64,000 bases of DNA from Clostridia bacterium (GCA_017468085.1 JAFUJR010000029.1:3371-67370); one strand, 5' to 3'; shown: positions 38,398-47,717, counted from the stretch's first letter. A program made the numbers and translations. The notes: a model not told the origin generated them from the sequence alone.

Positions 38398-39636
38398 TTA
38401 TACTTGAAATAAAGTCTTTAATTCGTCTTCGTGGAGCTTACAACCGATGACGCACAATCTGCCCGTTACCGCCGCGCTGCCCTCGCGCACGTCGGGTTCT
38501 TCGGGAACGTAATCAAAGTGCAACCACGCCGTGCCCTCGGCATTGTCGACAATCCCTTTCGCGCGCAAAATCACGCCGTATTTTTCCTCGTTTTGAAGCG
38601 CAAAAAGGATATGCGAAAGCTCGTCCTTCGTGTATTTACGGGTAGTTTCTACGCCCCAACTCGTGAACACTTCCTCCGCATGGTGGTGATGACGTTCGTG
38701 GTGCTCATGCTCGTGGTGATGACAGCCGCAATCTGGGTCGTCGCACTCGTGTTCGTGGTGGTGATGACCGTGTTCGTGGGTACCGTGTACGTGTTCACCG
38801 TGTTCATGGCAGTGCTCATGCTCATGGTGATGACAGCCGCAATCAGAGTCGTCGCACTCGTGTTCATGGTGGTGATGATCGTGTTCGTGGGCACCATGTA
38901 CGTGTTCACCGTGTTCATGGCAGTGCTCATGCTCATGGTGATGACAGCCGCAATCAGAGTCGTCGCACTCGTGTTCATGGTGGTGATGGTCGTGATGATG
39001 GACGACCTCTGCCGTCAAGCGGTCAAGCTCGGCTTGCAGACAGTCCGTTTTTTCCATTGCGGACAAAATCGCCTTTCCGTCTAAACTATCCCAATCCGCC
39101 GTAACGATGGTTGCCGTGGCGTTCTTTTCTTTGAGCAAAGCAACCGCCGTCGCAAGTTTTTCTTCCGTCGCTTTGCCCGTATGGGAAAGTATGATACAGC
39201 TTGCGTTTTCGACTTGGTCGTTAAAAAATTCGCCGAAATTTTTCATGTACATTTTGCACTTGCAAGCGTCCACGACGGTACAGAATGCGTTGAGCTTTCC
39301 GTCCTTTAAATTAGCGTTTGCCACCGCTTTTATAACGTCGGAAAGTTTGCCCACGCCCGACGGCTCAATAACGATTCTATCGGGGTGGTATTGCGCCGCG
39401 ACCTGTTGCAACGCCTTGGAGAAATCCCCCACGAGCGAGCAACAAATACAGCCCGAGTTCATTTCGGTTACGTTGACGCCTGCATCCTGCAAAAAGCCGC
39501 CGTCGATACCGATTTCGCCGAACTCGTTTTCGATAAGCACGACTTTTTCGCCTTTATATGCTTCCTGAATGAGCTTTTTGATGAGCGTCGTTTTGCCTGC
39601 GCCTAAAAAGCCCGAAAAAATATCTATTTTCGTCAT
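38398..39636 (-). CDS. COG0523-family metallochaperone GTPase (CobW/ZigA/YjiA-like) with an expanded His/Cys-rich insert
   Basis: Walker A GFLGAGKTTLI, metal-binding CICCS (CxCC) and a CobW C-terminal-like end. Residues 213-319 are almost entirely His/Glu/Cys/Asp. Confidence 0.85.
   Translation of the reverse strand: MTKIDIFSGFLGAGKTTLIKKLIQEAYKGEKVVLIENEFGEIGIDGGFLQDAGVNVTEMNSGCICCSLVGDFSKALQQVAAQYHPDRIVIEPSGVGKLSDVIKAVANANLKDGKLNAFCTVVDACKCKMYMKNFGEFFNDQVENASCIILSHTGKATEEKLATAVALLKEKNATATIVTADWDSLDGKAILSAMEKTDCLQAELDRLTAEVVHHHDHHHHEHECDDSDCGCHHHEHEHCHEHGEHVHGAHEHDHHHHEHECDDSDCGCHHHEHEHCHEHGEHVHGTHEHGHHHHEHECDDPDCGCHHHEHEHHERHHHHAEEVFTSWGVETTRKYTKDELSHILFALQNEEKYGVILRAKGIVDNAEGTAWLHFDYVPEEPDVREGSAAVTGRLCVIGCKLHEDELKTLFQV
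38701..38994 (-). repeat. In-frame tandem repeat, 111-nt period, about 2.7 copies, encoding a 37-aa His/Cys module
   Basis: Units HDHHHHEHECDDSDCGCHHHEHEHCHEHGEHVHG(A/T)HE start at residues 215, 252 and 289. On the plus strand, tgacagccgc recurs at 38831 and 38942, an offset of 111. Confidence 0.85.
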
Positions 39637-39715
39637 AATTTACCTCTTTGAGATTATCCGTTCGTTGGCTTGTTTGGGTTTTAATAACGCAGAAAATGCG
39701 AAGTATATTCGTTAT

Positions 39716-40942
39716 TTAAAATGCCCAAGTGCCGTTTTCAAAGATTTGCACGCGCTTACCGTCCTTCGTAACGCCGACGATGGACATATCCGCCGAACCG
39801 ATCATAAAGTCGACATGGATCATACTGTCGTTGACGCCGCGTTCTTTGATTTGCTCTTCCGTCAGCTTTTCAAATCCTTTCAAGCATTCGTTGTAGCCGC
39901 GACCAAGCGCAAAGTGGCAGCTTGCGTTTTCGTCAAACAAAGTGTTGTAATATAAAATACCCGACGCGCTGATAGGCGAACCGTGAGGGATAAGCGCGCA
40001 TTCGCCAAGCATACCTGCACCCTCGTCCATCGAAACCATCTTTTTAAGAAGCTCTTCCCCCTTTTCCGCTTTCACTTCTACGACCTTACCGTTTTCAAAG
40101 CGCAAAGAGAAGTTTTCAATAAGCTGACCCATATAGGAAAGAGGCTTAGTGGAATAAACGATACCTTCCGCCGCGCCCGCTTTAGGGGCAGTAAATACTT
40201 CTTCCGTGGGAATGTTGGGGTTGAATACCCTGCCCTTTAACGTTTTTTCGTTGCCGCCCGCAAACACGCCGTCATCCAAAAGCTCTACTTTGAAGTCGGT
40301 GCCGTTTGCACTCTTATATTCCAAAAATTTCAAACCGAGGTCGTTGAGATAATCGCAACGGGCGCGAAGGTCGGCGTTGTGCTCTTTCCAAGCCTTGACA
40401 GGGTTTTTACCGTCTGCACGGGACGCGGCAAGAATCGCTTTCCACATTGCTTCCACCGCTTTACTTTCGGAAAGTTCGGGAAATACCTTTTTCGCCCAAG
40501 CCTTACCGGGCACAGCGGCAATACACCATTGATGGTTATTCTCCAAAGCCTGACGGTAGGGCTTAACTTGCGGATAAATCGCCTGACGGACTTTGCTCAT
40601 CTTTTCGGGGTCGAGCCCTTTCATGCCGTCGGGGTCTTCCGATTCTATCCAAAGGCGGCAAGCGTACTTTTCCGCTTTATATTCCCACTTCGCCTTCGCC
40701 CAAGGCTTCAATTCGGAAAGGGATTCAAGGGTGCGGTATTGCGAAGAAAGTTTGCCCGTGGGCTGATGACTCCAATCCACGAATACTTCGCTTGCGCCCG
40801 CTTTGTAGCATTCCTCTACGACCATCGTAACGAATTCGGGCTGGTCGAGCGCCGCTTCGATAAATACCGTTTGACCTTTTTTAACGTTAACGCCTACTCT
40901 TGCAAGCAATCTTGCATATTTTTGTAATTGCGATTTTCTCAT
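39716..40942 (-). CDS. Aminopeptidase, peptidase family M29 (AmpS/PepS type)
   Basis: 408 aa. The N-terminus MRKSQLQKYARLLARVGVNVKKGQTVFIEAALDQPEFV and the overall length are typical of M29 thermophilic-type metalloaminopeptidases. Confidence 0.8.
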   Translation of the reverse strand: MRKSQLQKYARLLARVGVNVKKGQTVFIEAALDQPEFVTMVVEECYKAGASEVFVDWSHQPTGKLSSQYRTLESLSELKPWAKAKWEYKAEKYACRLWIESEDPDGMKGLDPEKMSKVRQAIYPQVKPYRQALENNHQWCIAAVPGKAWAKKVFPELSESKAVEAMWKAILAASRADGKNPVKAWKEHNADLRARCDYLNDLGLKFLEYKSANGTDFKVELLDDGVFAGGNEKTLKGRVFNPNIPTEEVFTAPKAGAAEGIVYSTKPLSYMGQLIENFSLRFENGKVVEVKAEKGEELLKKMVSMDEGAGMLGECALIPHGSPISASGILYYNTLFDENASCHFALGRGYNECLKGFEKLTEEQIKERGVNDSMIHVDFMIGSADMSIVGVTKDGKRVQIFENGTWAF

Positions 40943-40946
40943 AAGT

Positions 40947-42665
40947 TTACTCCTCTATTTGTTTATTTAAAATTTCAATTGCATAGGAAACTGCGCGTTT
41001 TACGCCGCCTTTTTCAAAGGGAACGGCAAGATTCGCCGCGCGCAGAGTGTCTAAATACCCCAACGAACCGCCAAGTTTGCAAATGGTCATATAGTCCTGC
41101 CAGCAAGCCGTTTTGTCCTCGGCAAGTTTTTTCTTAAATTCCATCGCGCCCATACTCGTAAGCGTGTAGTTGATGTAGTAGAACGGATAGTGATAAATGT
41201 GCAATTTATGGTACCACCAACCGCCGAGCGAGAAAAATTCGCTTTCCTCGCCGTAATCGCGCCAAGGCATATACTTCTTTTCCAACTCGTGCCAAACGTT
41301 CGTGCGTTCGGCAGGGGTCAAGTTGGGATTTTCGTAAACGATATGCTGATATTCGTCCACCGCCACGCCGAAGGGCACGAAGGTGATTGCCTCTTGCAGA
41401 TGTTGGAAACGGTACTGCTCCGCTTTTTCACCGAAGAAAAGCTCGGCATACGGATAGGCGAATTGCTCCATGGACATGGAATGGATTTCCGCAATATCCG
41501 TAGGTTCGCTCCAAAGCGCTTGCAGGGGCTGCGTGCGCATCGCCATATAGCCCGCAAACGCGTGCCCCATTTCATGCGTCAAAACGTCCACGTCGCCCGT
41601 CGTTCCGTTGAAGCAGGAATATACGAACGGCGCCTTATAATCCGCCAACGACGTCATATAGCCCGTTGCGGCTTTGTTGGGCTTATTGTCAAGATCCATA
41701 AGCTGATGCTCTATCATAAAATCGATAAATTCGCCCGTTTCCTTGCTCATATCGTGGTACATTTTGCGCGCCTGCTCTACAAGATACGCGCTGTCGCCGA
41801 TGGGAACGGCGTTTCCGTCGGGAAAAATAAGCGCTTCGTCGTAAAAGCGGATTTTATCCACGCCGATACGCTTGGCTTGCGCCTTATATAATTTTTCACA
41901 GAACGGCACGATCTCCTCCAAGACCTGCTGACGGAAAGAAGCGACTTCTTTTGCGCCGTAATCCAATCTGCCTTGTTGCATATATCCAAGCGGCGTAAAG
42001 TTTTCAAAGCCCATATTCACGCCCATGTGGTGGCGGATTTTCACCAATCTATCGAAGATTTCCCCCAATTCCTTGTCGTTCTTTTGGAAAAATTCCTCGT
42101 ATGATTTTGCCGCCGCCTTGCGAATTTCACGGTTGGGGTCGGAAAAATATTTTTCAATACCGACGATATTGCGCACTTCGCCGTCAAACTCGATTTTGCA
42201 GGATGCAATCAGTTTTTGATAGCGGTTGATAAGCTCGCTTTCCTCTTGCATGAGCGCAACGTTCTTTTCGGAAAAGCTGTCGACGGAGAGTTGCACGTTC
42301 TTCAAAAACTGCGCGCCGTATTCCTCGTCGATTTCCGCACGGAAAGGCGAATTTAAAAGGGCGAGGTTGAACGCCTGCAAATAGGGCAGAACCTCAGGAA
42401 AAGCTTGGTTAAAATATTCGTCCTCCGCCTCGTAAAACTTATCGCTTGTATCTACGGTATGGCGGATAGACATAACCGTTGCCATCGTATCAAAATAGGA
42501 AGAAAATTCTTCCTGCGCCAAAATGCACCGTTTTAATTCCGCATACGACTTCGCTTGGGATACACGCGCGGTAAGCTCTTGGCAAACCGTGCGGATTTTG
42601 TCAAAATCGGGGCGGACGTATTCGATGTCCGAAAAGACTGTAAATTTCTTGTTTTCCATATTCAA
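40947..42665 (-). CDS. Oligoendopeptidase, peptidase family M3B (PepF-like)
   Basis: 572 aa with the zinc motif THEMGHAF and M3B-like architecture. Confidence 0.8.
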   Translation of the reverse strand: MNMENKKFTVFSDIEYVRPDFDKIRTVCQELTARVSQAKSYAELKRCILAQEEFSSYFDTMATVMSIRHTVDTSDKFYEAEDEYFNQAFPEVLPYLQAFNLALLNSPFRAEIDEEYGAQFLKNVQLSVDSFSEKNVALMQEESELINRYQKLIASCKIEFDGEVRNIVGIEKYFSDPNREIRKAAAKSYEEFFQKNDKELGEIFDRLVKIRHHMGVNMGFENFTPLGYMQQGRLDYGAKEVASFRQQVLEEIVPFCEKLYKAQAKRIGVDKIRFYDEALIFPDGNAVPIGDSAYLVEQARKMYHDMSKETGEFIDFMIEHQLMDLDNKPNKAATGYMTSLADYKAPFVYSCFNGTTGDVDVLTHEMGHAFAGYMAMRTQPLQALWSEPTDIAEIHSMSMEQFAYPYAELFFGEKAEQYRFQHLQEAITFVPFGVAVDEYQHIVYENPNLTPAERTNVWHELEKKYMPWRDYGEESEFFSLGGWWYHKLHIYHYPFYYINYTLTSMGAMEFKKKLAEDKTACWQDYMTICKLGGSLGYLDTLRAANLAVPFEKGGVKRAVSYAIEILNKQIEE

Positions 42666-42685
42666 CTCGTACCTGCCTATGTCAT

Positions 42686-43678
42686 TTAACCGATAAGGTC
42701 ATAATTTACCGTTTTGTAAAAAAGTTTGCGCACCGCATTGTCCTCTTTGGTTTGTGCGAGTATCCACATCAATTTCGTAATGATACTTTCGTACGTCATC
42801 GAGTAGCTTTCCAACAAATCGAAGCGGTTTTTCCAACCTCTGCCTACTTGATAAACGTCCATGTCGCTCCCCTCTTGCTGTACCTGCGTGGTAACGACGA
42901 GAGTTTTGCCTTTCTTCTCCCAGTTTTGGATTATTTCGTAAAAGCCGTAATATTCCCCTTCGGGAATACCGCCCGTGCCGTAACCCGAAAGCACGACGGC
43001 GTCGTGGCAACGGAAATATGCGTCCAAAATTTCGCCGCGCACGCCGGGAGTGAGGGTAAGCAAGCCCACCTTTTCGTTAATCTCCAAGAAAAATTCGGGC
43101 TTGTCCTGCTTGGGCGTGGTGATATACTGCACGAGCTTTCCGTCGCGAATAACGGCAAGATTGGGAAAATCCACGCTTGCAAAAGCATTGTAGCTTTTGG
43201 TGCGAATTTTTCTTGCCTTCGTGCCTGCAATTACGTTGCCTTGGAATACGATAACGACGTCGGACGCCGCGTCGGACGTTGCGTAAAGGAAGCTGTCGCG
43301 CAGGTTGATACGCGCGTCCGTATCCTCCTTATCTATCGGCTTTTGCGAGCCCGTAAACACGATAGGCTTGGGGGAATGCTGTACCATGTACGAGATCATT
43401 GCCGCCGTATAAGACATTGTATCCGTACCGTGGCAGACGACAAACCCGTCGTAAGCGTCATAATTTTCCGCAATTGCCGTTGCAAGCTTCACCCAATGCG
43501 CGGGGGTGATATTCGTGCTGTCTATGTTGTAAATCTGTATCGCGCTTGGCTGACAAAATTCACGGATTTCGGGCACGAATTTGAGCAAGTTTTCCGCCGC
43601 GAGTTCGGGCACTAAGCCATGTGTACCTAACTGCGAAGCGATTGTGCCGCCCGTGGCAATGAGTAGAATTTTTTTCAT
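42686..43678 (-). CDS. ansA: L-asparaginase, type I
   Basis: The start is taken at ATG 43678 (AGAGGTGA upstream, 12 nt after the preceding stop) rather than 43744. Contains MKKILLIATGGTIAS and VVCHGTDTM catalytic motifs. Confidence 0.85.
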   Translation of the reverse strand: MKKILLIATGGTIASQLGTHGLVPELAAENLLKFVPEIREFCQPSAIQIYNIDSTNITPAHWVKLATAIAENYDAYDGFVVCHGTDTMSYTAAMISYMVQHSPKPIVFTGSQKPIDKEDTDARINLRDSFLYATSDAASDVVIVFQGNVIAGTKARKIRTKSYNAFASVDFPNLAVIRDGKLVQYITTPKQDKPEFFLEINEKVGLLTLTPGVRGEILDAYFRCHDAVVLSGYGTGGIPEGEYYGFYEIIQNWEKKGKTLVVTTQVQQEGSDMDVYQVGRGWKNRFDLLESYSMTYESIITKLMWILAQTKEDNAVRKLFYKTVNYDLIG

Positions 43679-43689
43679 ATCTTCACCTC

Positions 43690-44892
43690 TTAAAGGTTGA
43701 CTTTTCTGCGCAAGTAATCCCCAGCTTTTAAGTCGTAAGGGCATTTGATTTTATAAATTTCCTGCACGAGCTTCGCGTCGTCCGTGCGCTCGTTTTGCGA
43801 GGTGAAAATTTCGTCCGCGACAAAGGTCTTGGTAAAATTGCCGTCGGGGGAAAGCACCTCTAAAATATCCCCTTGCTTAAAGCGGTTGCGCATTTCGGCA
43901 AGGACAAACCCCTTTTCCGTGCCGCGTACGTCGGCAATATAGACGTAATCCCCCTTCGATTGGCTGTCGTCGTAGTTGACCGTCTGCCCGTTTGCGCCCG
44001 ACGCATACGCCTGCGTATATTCTCTGTGCGCGACGTTGCTCAGCTCCGTTTGAGAGATTTGTATATCCTCGCCGTCCATCATTCTGCGATAGGCGTTGAT
44101 GACGGTAGCAAGGTAATAACCGCTCTTCATCCTGCCCTCAATTTTAAATGAACGCACACCTGCCCCCTCCATTTCTTGTAAACGAGTGAGCATATTGAGG
44201 TCTTTGCTGTTAAAAATATACGTACCTTTTTCGTCTTGCTCGATAGGGAGCCACTCCGAAACGCCGTTCGTGGCATTGAGCGCGCGCACCTCGTACCGCC
44301 AACGGCAGGACTGCACGCATGCGCCGCGATTGGAAGAACGTCCGTCTAAATAATCGGACAAAAGGCATCTGCCGCTATAGGATATACACATCGCGCCGTG
44401 CACGAACGCCTCCAACTCCGTTTCGGGAGTAAACTCGTGAATTTCCGCAATTTCATTTATAGAGAGCTCGCGGGCGAGAATCACGCGAGAAACGCCTTGC
44501 TCCGCCCAGAATTTTACCGCGTATTTGTTGGTGGTGTTCGCTTGCGTCGAAAGGTGAATTTGTAACTTGGGCGCGACCTTTTTTGCCAGATACACTACGC
44601 CGGGATCGCTGATGATTGCCGCGTCAACGCCCAACCCTTCAAGCATTTTGAAATAGTCTTCAAGTAACGCAAAATCGGCGTTACGCGCAAAAACGTTCGC
44701 CGTTACGTACAACTTTTTGCCCAATCCGTGCGTTAAATTCACCGCGGATTGTAATTCGTCCGCCGTAAAATTATCGGCAAAGGTACGCAAGGAAAACTGT
44801 TTCCCACCTACGTATGCCGCGTCCGCGCCGAAACGGAGCGCCGTTTTTAATTTTGCAAAGCTGCCGGCAGGGGCTAAAAGTTCCGCTTTCAT
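43690..44892 (-). CDS. Peptidase U32 family protein (TrhP/YrrO-like, tRNA uridine-34 hydroxylation factor)
   Basis: 400 aa; MKAELLAPAGSFAKLKTALRFGADAAYVGG and the Cys-rich FVHGAMCISYSGRCLLS block. Directly follows a YrrM-like O-methyltransferase gene, as in Bacillus. Confidence 0.75.
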   Translation of the reverse strand: MKAELLAPAGSFAKLKTALRFGADAAYVGGKQFSLRTFADNFTADELQSAVNLTHGLGKKLYVTANVFARNADFALLEDYFKMLEGLGVDAAIISDPGVVYLAKKVAPKLQIHLSTQANTTNKYAVKFWAEQGVSRVILARELSINEIAEIHEFTPETELEAFVHGAMCISYSGRCLLSDYLDGRSSNRGACVQSCRWRYEVRALNATNGVSEWLPIEQDEKGTYIFNSKDLNMLTRLQEMEGAGVRSFKIEGRMKSGYYLATVINAYRRMMDGEDIQISQTELSNVAHREYTQAYASGANGQTVNYDDSQSKGDYVYIADVRGTEKGFVLAEMRNRFKQGDILEVLSPDGNFTKTFVADEIFTSQNERTDDAKLVQEIYKIKCPYDLKAGDYLRRKVNL

Positions 44893-45531
44893 TTACCTTT
44901 CCTCTTTCGTGTTGCCGTGATAGATAGACAGCGCAACGCCGTCGCCGATGTTGATAACGGAGGTGGAAAAATCCTTATCCTCCGTAATCGTGTGCAGGTA
45001 GGAACGAATTTTGTCGACAATCGATTGCCGCTTTTGAGGGGTAGGTTCTTCGCCGCTGACCCAACCGTAAAGCAATACGTCGTCGGCAAACAAGGTCGCG
45101 CCCTTTTTCATAAGCCTCTTTAAGTCGAATAAATACTTCTCGTACTGTGCCTTAGGCCCGTCCAAAAATACGAAATCATATTCTCCGTCCATCATTGCCA
45201 AAATCTCACCTGCATCACCCAGGTACGCGTTCACGCGCTCGGAAATGCCAAAATCAGCAAAATTTTGCTTTGCCTCGAGGTAGCGTTCTTCTTCAAGCTC
45301 CATCGTCGTAAGCCTTGCGTTTGGACAGACGGAAAGCATCGCCGTACCCGAAAGCCCCACCGCCGTACCAACCTCTAAAATACGCTTGGGTTGAATAGCT
45401 TGAAGAAGGACCAGAAGGAAATTTAACGTTTCGTCGTCCGCGACGGGAATCCCGCGCTTCAAAGCGTCCTCGCGACGGACTTGAATCCGTTCGTCAATAT
45501 GCAATTTTACAAGCGATGCAGTATACTTCAT
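44893..45531 (-). CDS. Class I SAM-dependent O-methyltransferase (YrrM/TrmR-like)
   Basis: 212 aa; SAM motif ILEVGTAVGLSG and a family-3 O-methyltransferase layout. Its stop abuts the U32 gene start. Confidence 0.75.
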   Translation of the reverse strand: MKYTASLVKLHIDERIQVRREDALKRGIPVADDETLNFLLVLLQAIQPKRILEVGTAVGLSGTAMLSVCPNARLTTMELEEERYLEAKQNFADFGISERVNAYLGDAGEILAMMDGEYDFVFLDGPKAQYEKYLFDLKRLMKKGATLFADDVLLYGWVSGEEPTPQKRQSIVDKIRSYLHTITEDKDFSTSVINIGDGVALSIYHGNTKEER

Positions 45532-45540
45532 GTCTTCCTT

Positions 45541-47649
45541 TTAAACGTCGATTACCGAAACTACGATAAGCGGCGCTTGCTTCGTCTTTTTGTAAAAATA
45601 ATTTTTTAACGCCTTGCGAATGGCGAGGGACAAATCCCCCTTGTCGTAAATATAGCCGAAGCCGTCCACTGCACGGCGCACAACGGCAAGCATATCTTCC
45701 TGCGTTTCTTTTTCCGCAAACACACATCCGTGCGCTTCGATGACGGGTTCGCTGACGGGATAATTGCCCGAAACGGCGAGCGCGACGGTGAATACGCCGT
45801 CCGCGGACATTTTCAATCTGTCCTTCATAACTTCGCTCGTACCGTAGTCCTCTATCCCTTCGCCGTCGATTAAACGCGTACCTGCCTGCACGTTTTCGCC
45901 TAATTTCATGGAATTTTCGGTAAGTTCAACACAGTTACCGATTTCCGTAATTAGGATATTCCGTTCGGGCATACCCACCGATTCAGCGAGCTGTGCATGA
46001 CGTTTTAAATGGCGATATTCGCCGTGAATAGGAATAAAAAATTTAGGTTTTAAAAGGGAGTGTAAAATTTTATGCTCTTCTTGGCAGGCATGTCCGGAAA
46101 CGTGAATTTTTTCCAAGCTTTCGTACACCACGCGCGCGCCCTTTTTATAGAGGTTGTTGATAACGCGGTAAATCATCTTTTCGTTGCCCGGAATCGGGTT
46201 TGCGGAGATGATGATCGTATCGTTTTCGCCAATCGTAACCTTATTAAAGTCCCCCGACGCCATACGCGTCAACGCGGACATGGGTTCGCCTTGTGAGCCC
46301 GTAGACACGATAAGAAGTTCTCCGTCGAAGAGATTTTTCGTCCTTTCAATATCGATCAAAACCCCTTCGGGGATTTTTAATTCGCCAATTTTCACCGCTG
46401 CGTCCACAACTTTGAACATACTTCTGCCCGACAGCGCGACCTTTCTTCTGTACTTAACGGCAAGGTCGATAATTTGCTGTAAACGGTGCACGTTGGAAGC
46501 AAACGTAGCGATAATCAGTCTGCGGTGCATATTTTCCGAGAATAGATGATCGAGCGTAGTGCCGACAACCGTTTCGCTCATCGTATAGCCCGCGCGTTCG
46601 ATATTCGTCGATTCGCCCATATACAACAAAACGCCTGCGTTGCCAAGCTCTGCAATCCGTTTAAAGTCAATGGGTTCGCCCGCGACGGGAGTCAAGTCTA
46701 TTTTAAAGTCGCCGCTGTGATAAATCAAGCCGCACGGTGTGGAAATTGCGAGCGCGCACGCGCCCGAAATAGAGTGGTTTACGTTGATAAATTCCACCTC
46801 AAATGCGCCGAGTTTGACCTTATCGCCGGGGGCAACTACCCTTTGCAACGTACCTAAGATATGGCGTTCTTGCAGCTTATTGTCCGTGAGCATCAACGTC
46901 AATTTCGTGCCGTAAATGGGCGTGTTTGCATTTAATTCCTTCATTAAGAACGGCACGCCGCCGATATGGTCTTCGTGTCCGTGCGTAAGCAACACGCCGC
47001 GGATTTTATCTCTATTTTGCGCCAAATACGTGATATCGGGCACGACGGAATCGATGCCCGGCATATCCTCTCCGTTGGGGAAGGTAAGCCCTGCGTCCAC
47101 GATGATAATATCGTTGCCGTACTCAATCGCCGTCATATTTTTACCGATTTCGCCCACGCCGCCAAGGAAAATGATTTTTACGGCTTTCTGTTTTTTTCCA
47201 CCCGCCGATTTGCGTTTTTCCTTTTTGGGCGGAACGGAAAGAACCTCTACGGCATCAAAAACCGCCGAATTTTCCGTTTGTGGAATTAAAATCGGCTCAA
47301 AATTTTTATTAGACGCCTTAGGCGTCGCAATGCGTTTGCCCCTCGGTTGTTTTTCCGTTGCCGAAACGACCTTTTCCTGCGGCTTTCTTGGCGTTTTTAC
47401 ACGAGGCACGGAGTTCTTTTCCGTCGACGCGCTCGGATTTTCGCCACGCTTTTTAGTGGACGCAGTACGTTTTTGGGGGACGGGAACGGATGTTTTTTCG
47501 ACTTTTGCCCCGTCAAACGAAGTCCCCATAGGATTTTTCACTTTTGTAGAAACACGCTTTTTGGGGGTGGGATTTGCCACGCCTAACGGCTTATCCTTTT
47601 TCTGCTCTTTCACTTGCTTTATAATATCTCCTGTATAGTGCTTTGACAA
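45541..47649 (-). CDS. rnj: Ribonuclease J with a ~155-aa Lys/Pro/Thr-rich N-terminal extension (start codon uncertain)
   Basis: The core, from IIFLGGVGEIGKNM through LLTHGHEDHIGG, and the beta-CASP/C-terminal domains are RNase J-like. The frame stays open 465 nt upstream of the core. The track start is a TTG lying in the T-run of the upstream terminator, so the real start is unclear. Confidence 0.85.
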   Translation of the reverse strand: MSKHYTGDIIKQVKEQKKDKPLGVANPTPKKRVSTKVKNPMGTSFDGAKVEKTSVPVPQKRTASTKKRGENPSASTEKNSVPRVKTPRKPQEKVVSATEKQPRGKRIATPKASNKNFEPILIPQTENSAVFDAVEVLSVPPKKEKRKSAGGKKQKAVKIIFLGGVGEIGKNMTAIEYGNDIIIVDAGLTFPNGEDMPGIDSVVPDITYLAQNRDKIRGVLLTHGHEDHIGGVPFLMKELNANTPIYGTKLTLMLTDNKLQERHILGTLQRVVAPGDKVKLGAFEVEFINVNHSISGACALAISTPCGLIYHSGDFKIDLTPVAGEPIDFKRIAELGNAGVLLYMGESTNIERAGYTMSETVVGTTLDHLFSENMHRRLIIATFASNVHRLQQIIDLAVKYRRKVALSGRSMFKVVDAAVKIGELKIPEGVLIDIERTKNLFDGELLIVSTGSQGEPMSALTRMASGDFNKVTIGENDTIIISANPIPGNEKMIYRVINNLYKKGARVVYESLEKIHVSGHACQEEHKILHSLLKPKFFIPIHGEYRHLKRHAQLAESVGMPERNILITEIGNCVELTENSMKLGENVQAGTRLIDGEGIEDYGTSEVMKDRLKMSADGVFTVALAVSGNYPVSEPVIEAHGCVFAEKETQEDMLAVVRRAVDGFGYIYDKGDLSLAIRKALKNYFYKKTKQAPLIVVSVIDV

Positions 47650-47688
47650 AACAGAGAGCCGAAAATTATGGAATTATCAGCTCTCTGT
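47644..47688 (-). terminator. Rho-independent terminator after the acidic coiled-coil protein gene
   Basis: Minus strand: ACAGAGAGC ... GCTCTCTGT followed by TTTTG. Confidence 0.7.
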
Positions 47689-47717
47689 CGTTATTCATAT
47701 TAAACTTTTATCTTTTG

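Noticed and set aside
38680-39000. Regular repeats suggestive of a CRISPR-like array
   Set aside because: The 111-nt units are contiguous with no spacers, in frame, and encode the His/Cys module of the COG0523 protein. They are a coding tandem repeat.
42752-43615. 287-aa plus-strand ORF
   Set aside because: It is antisense to the asparaginase gene, which carries clear catalytic motifs.
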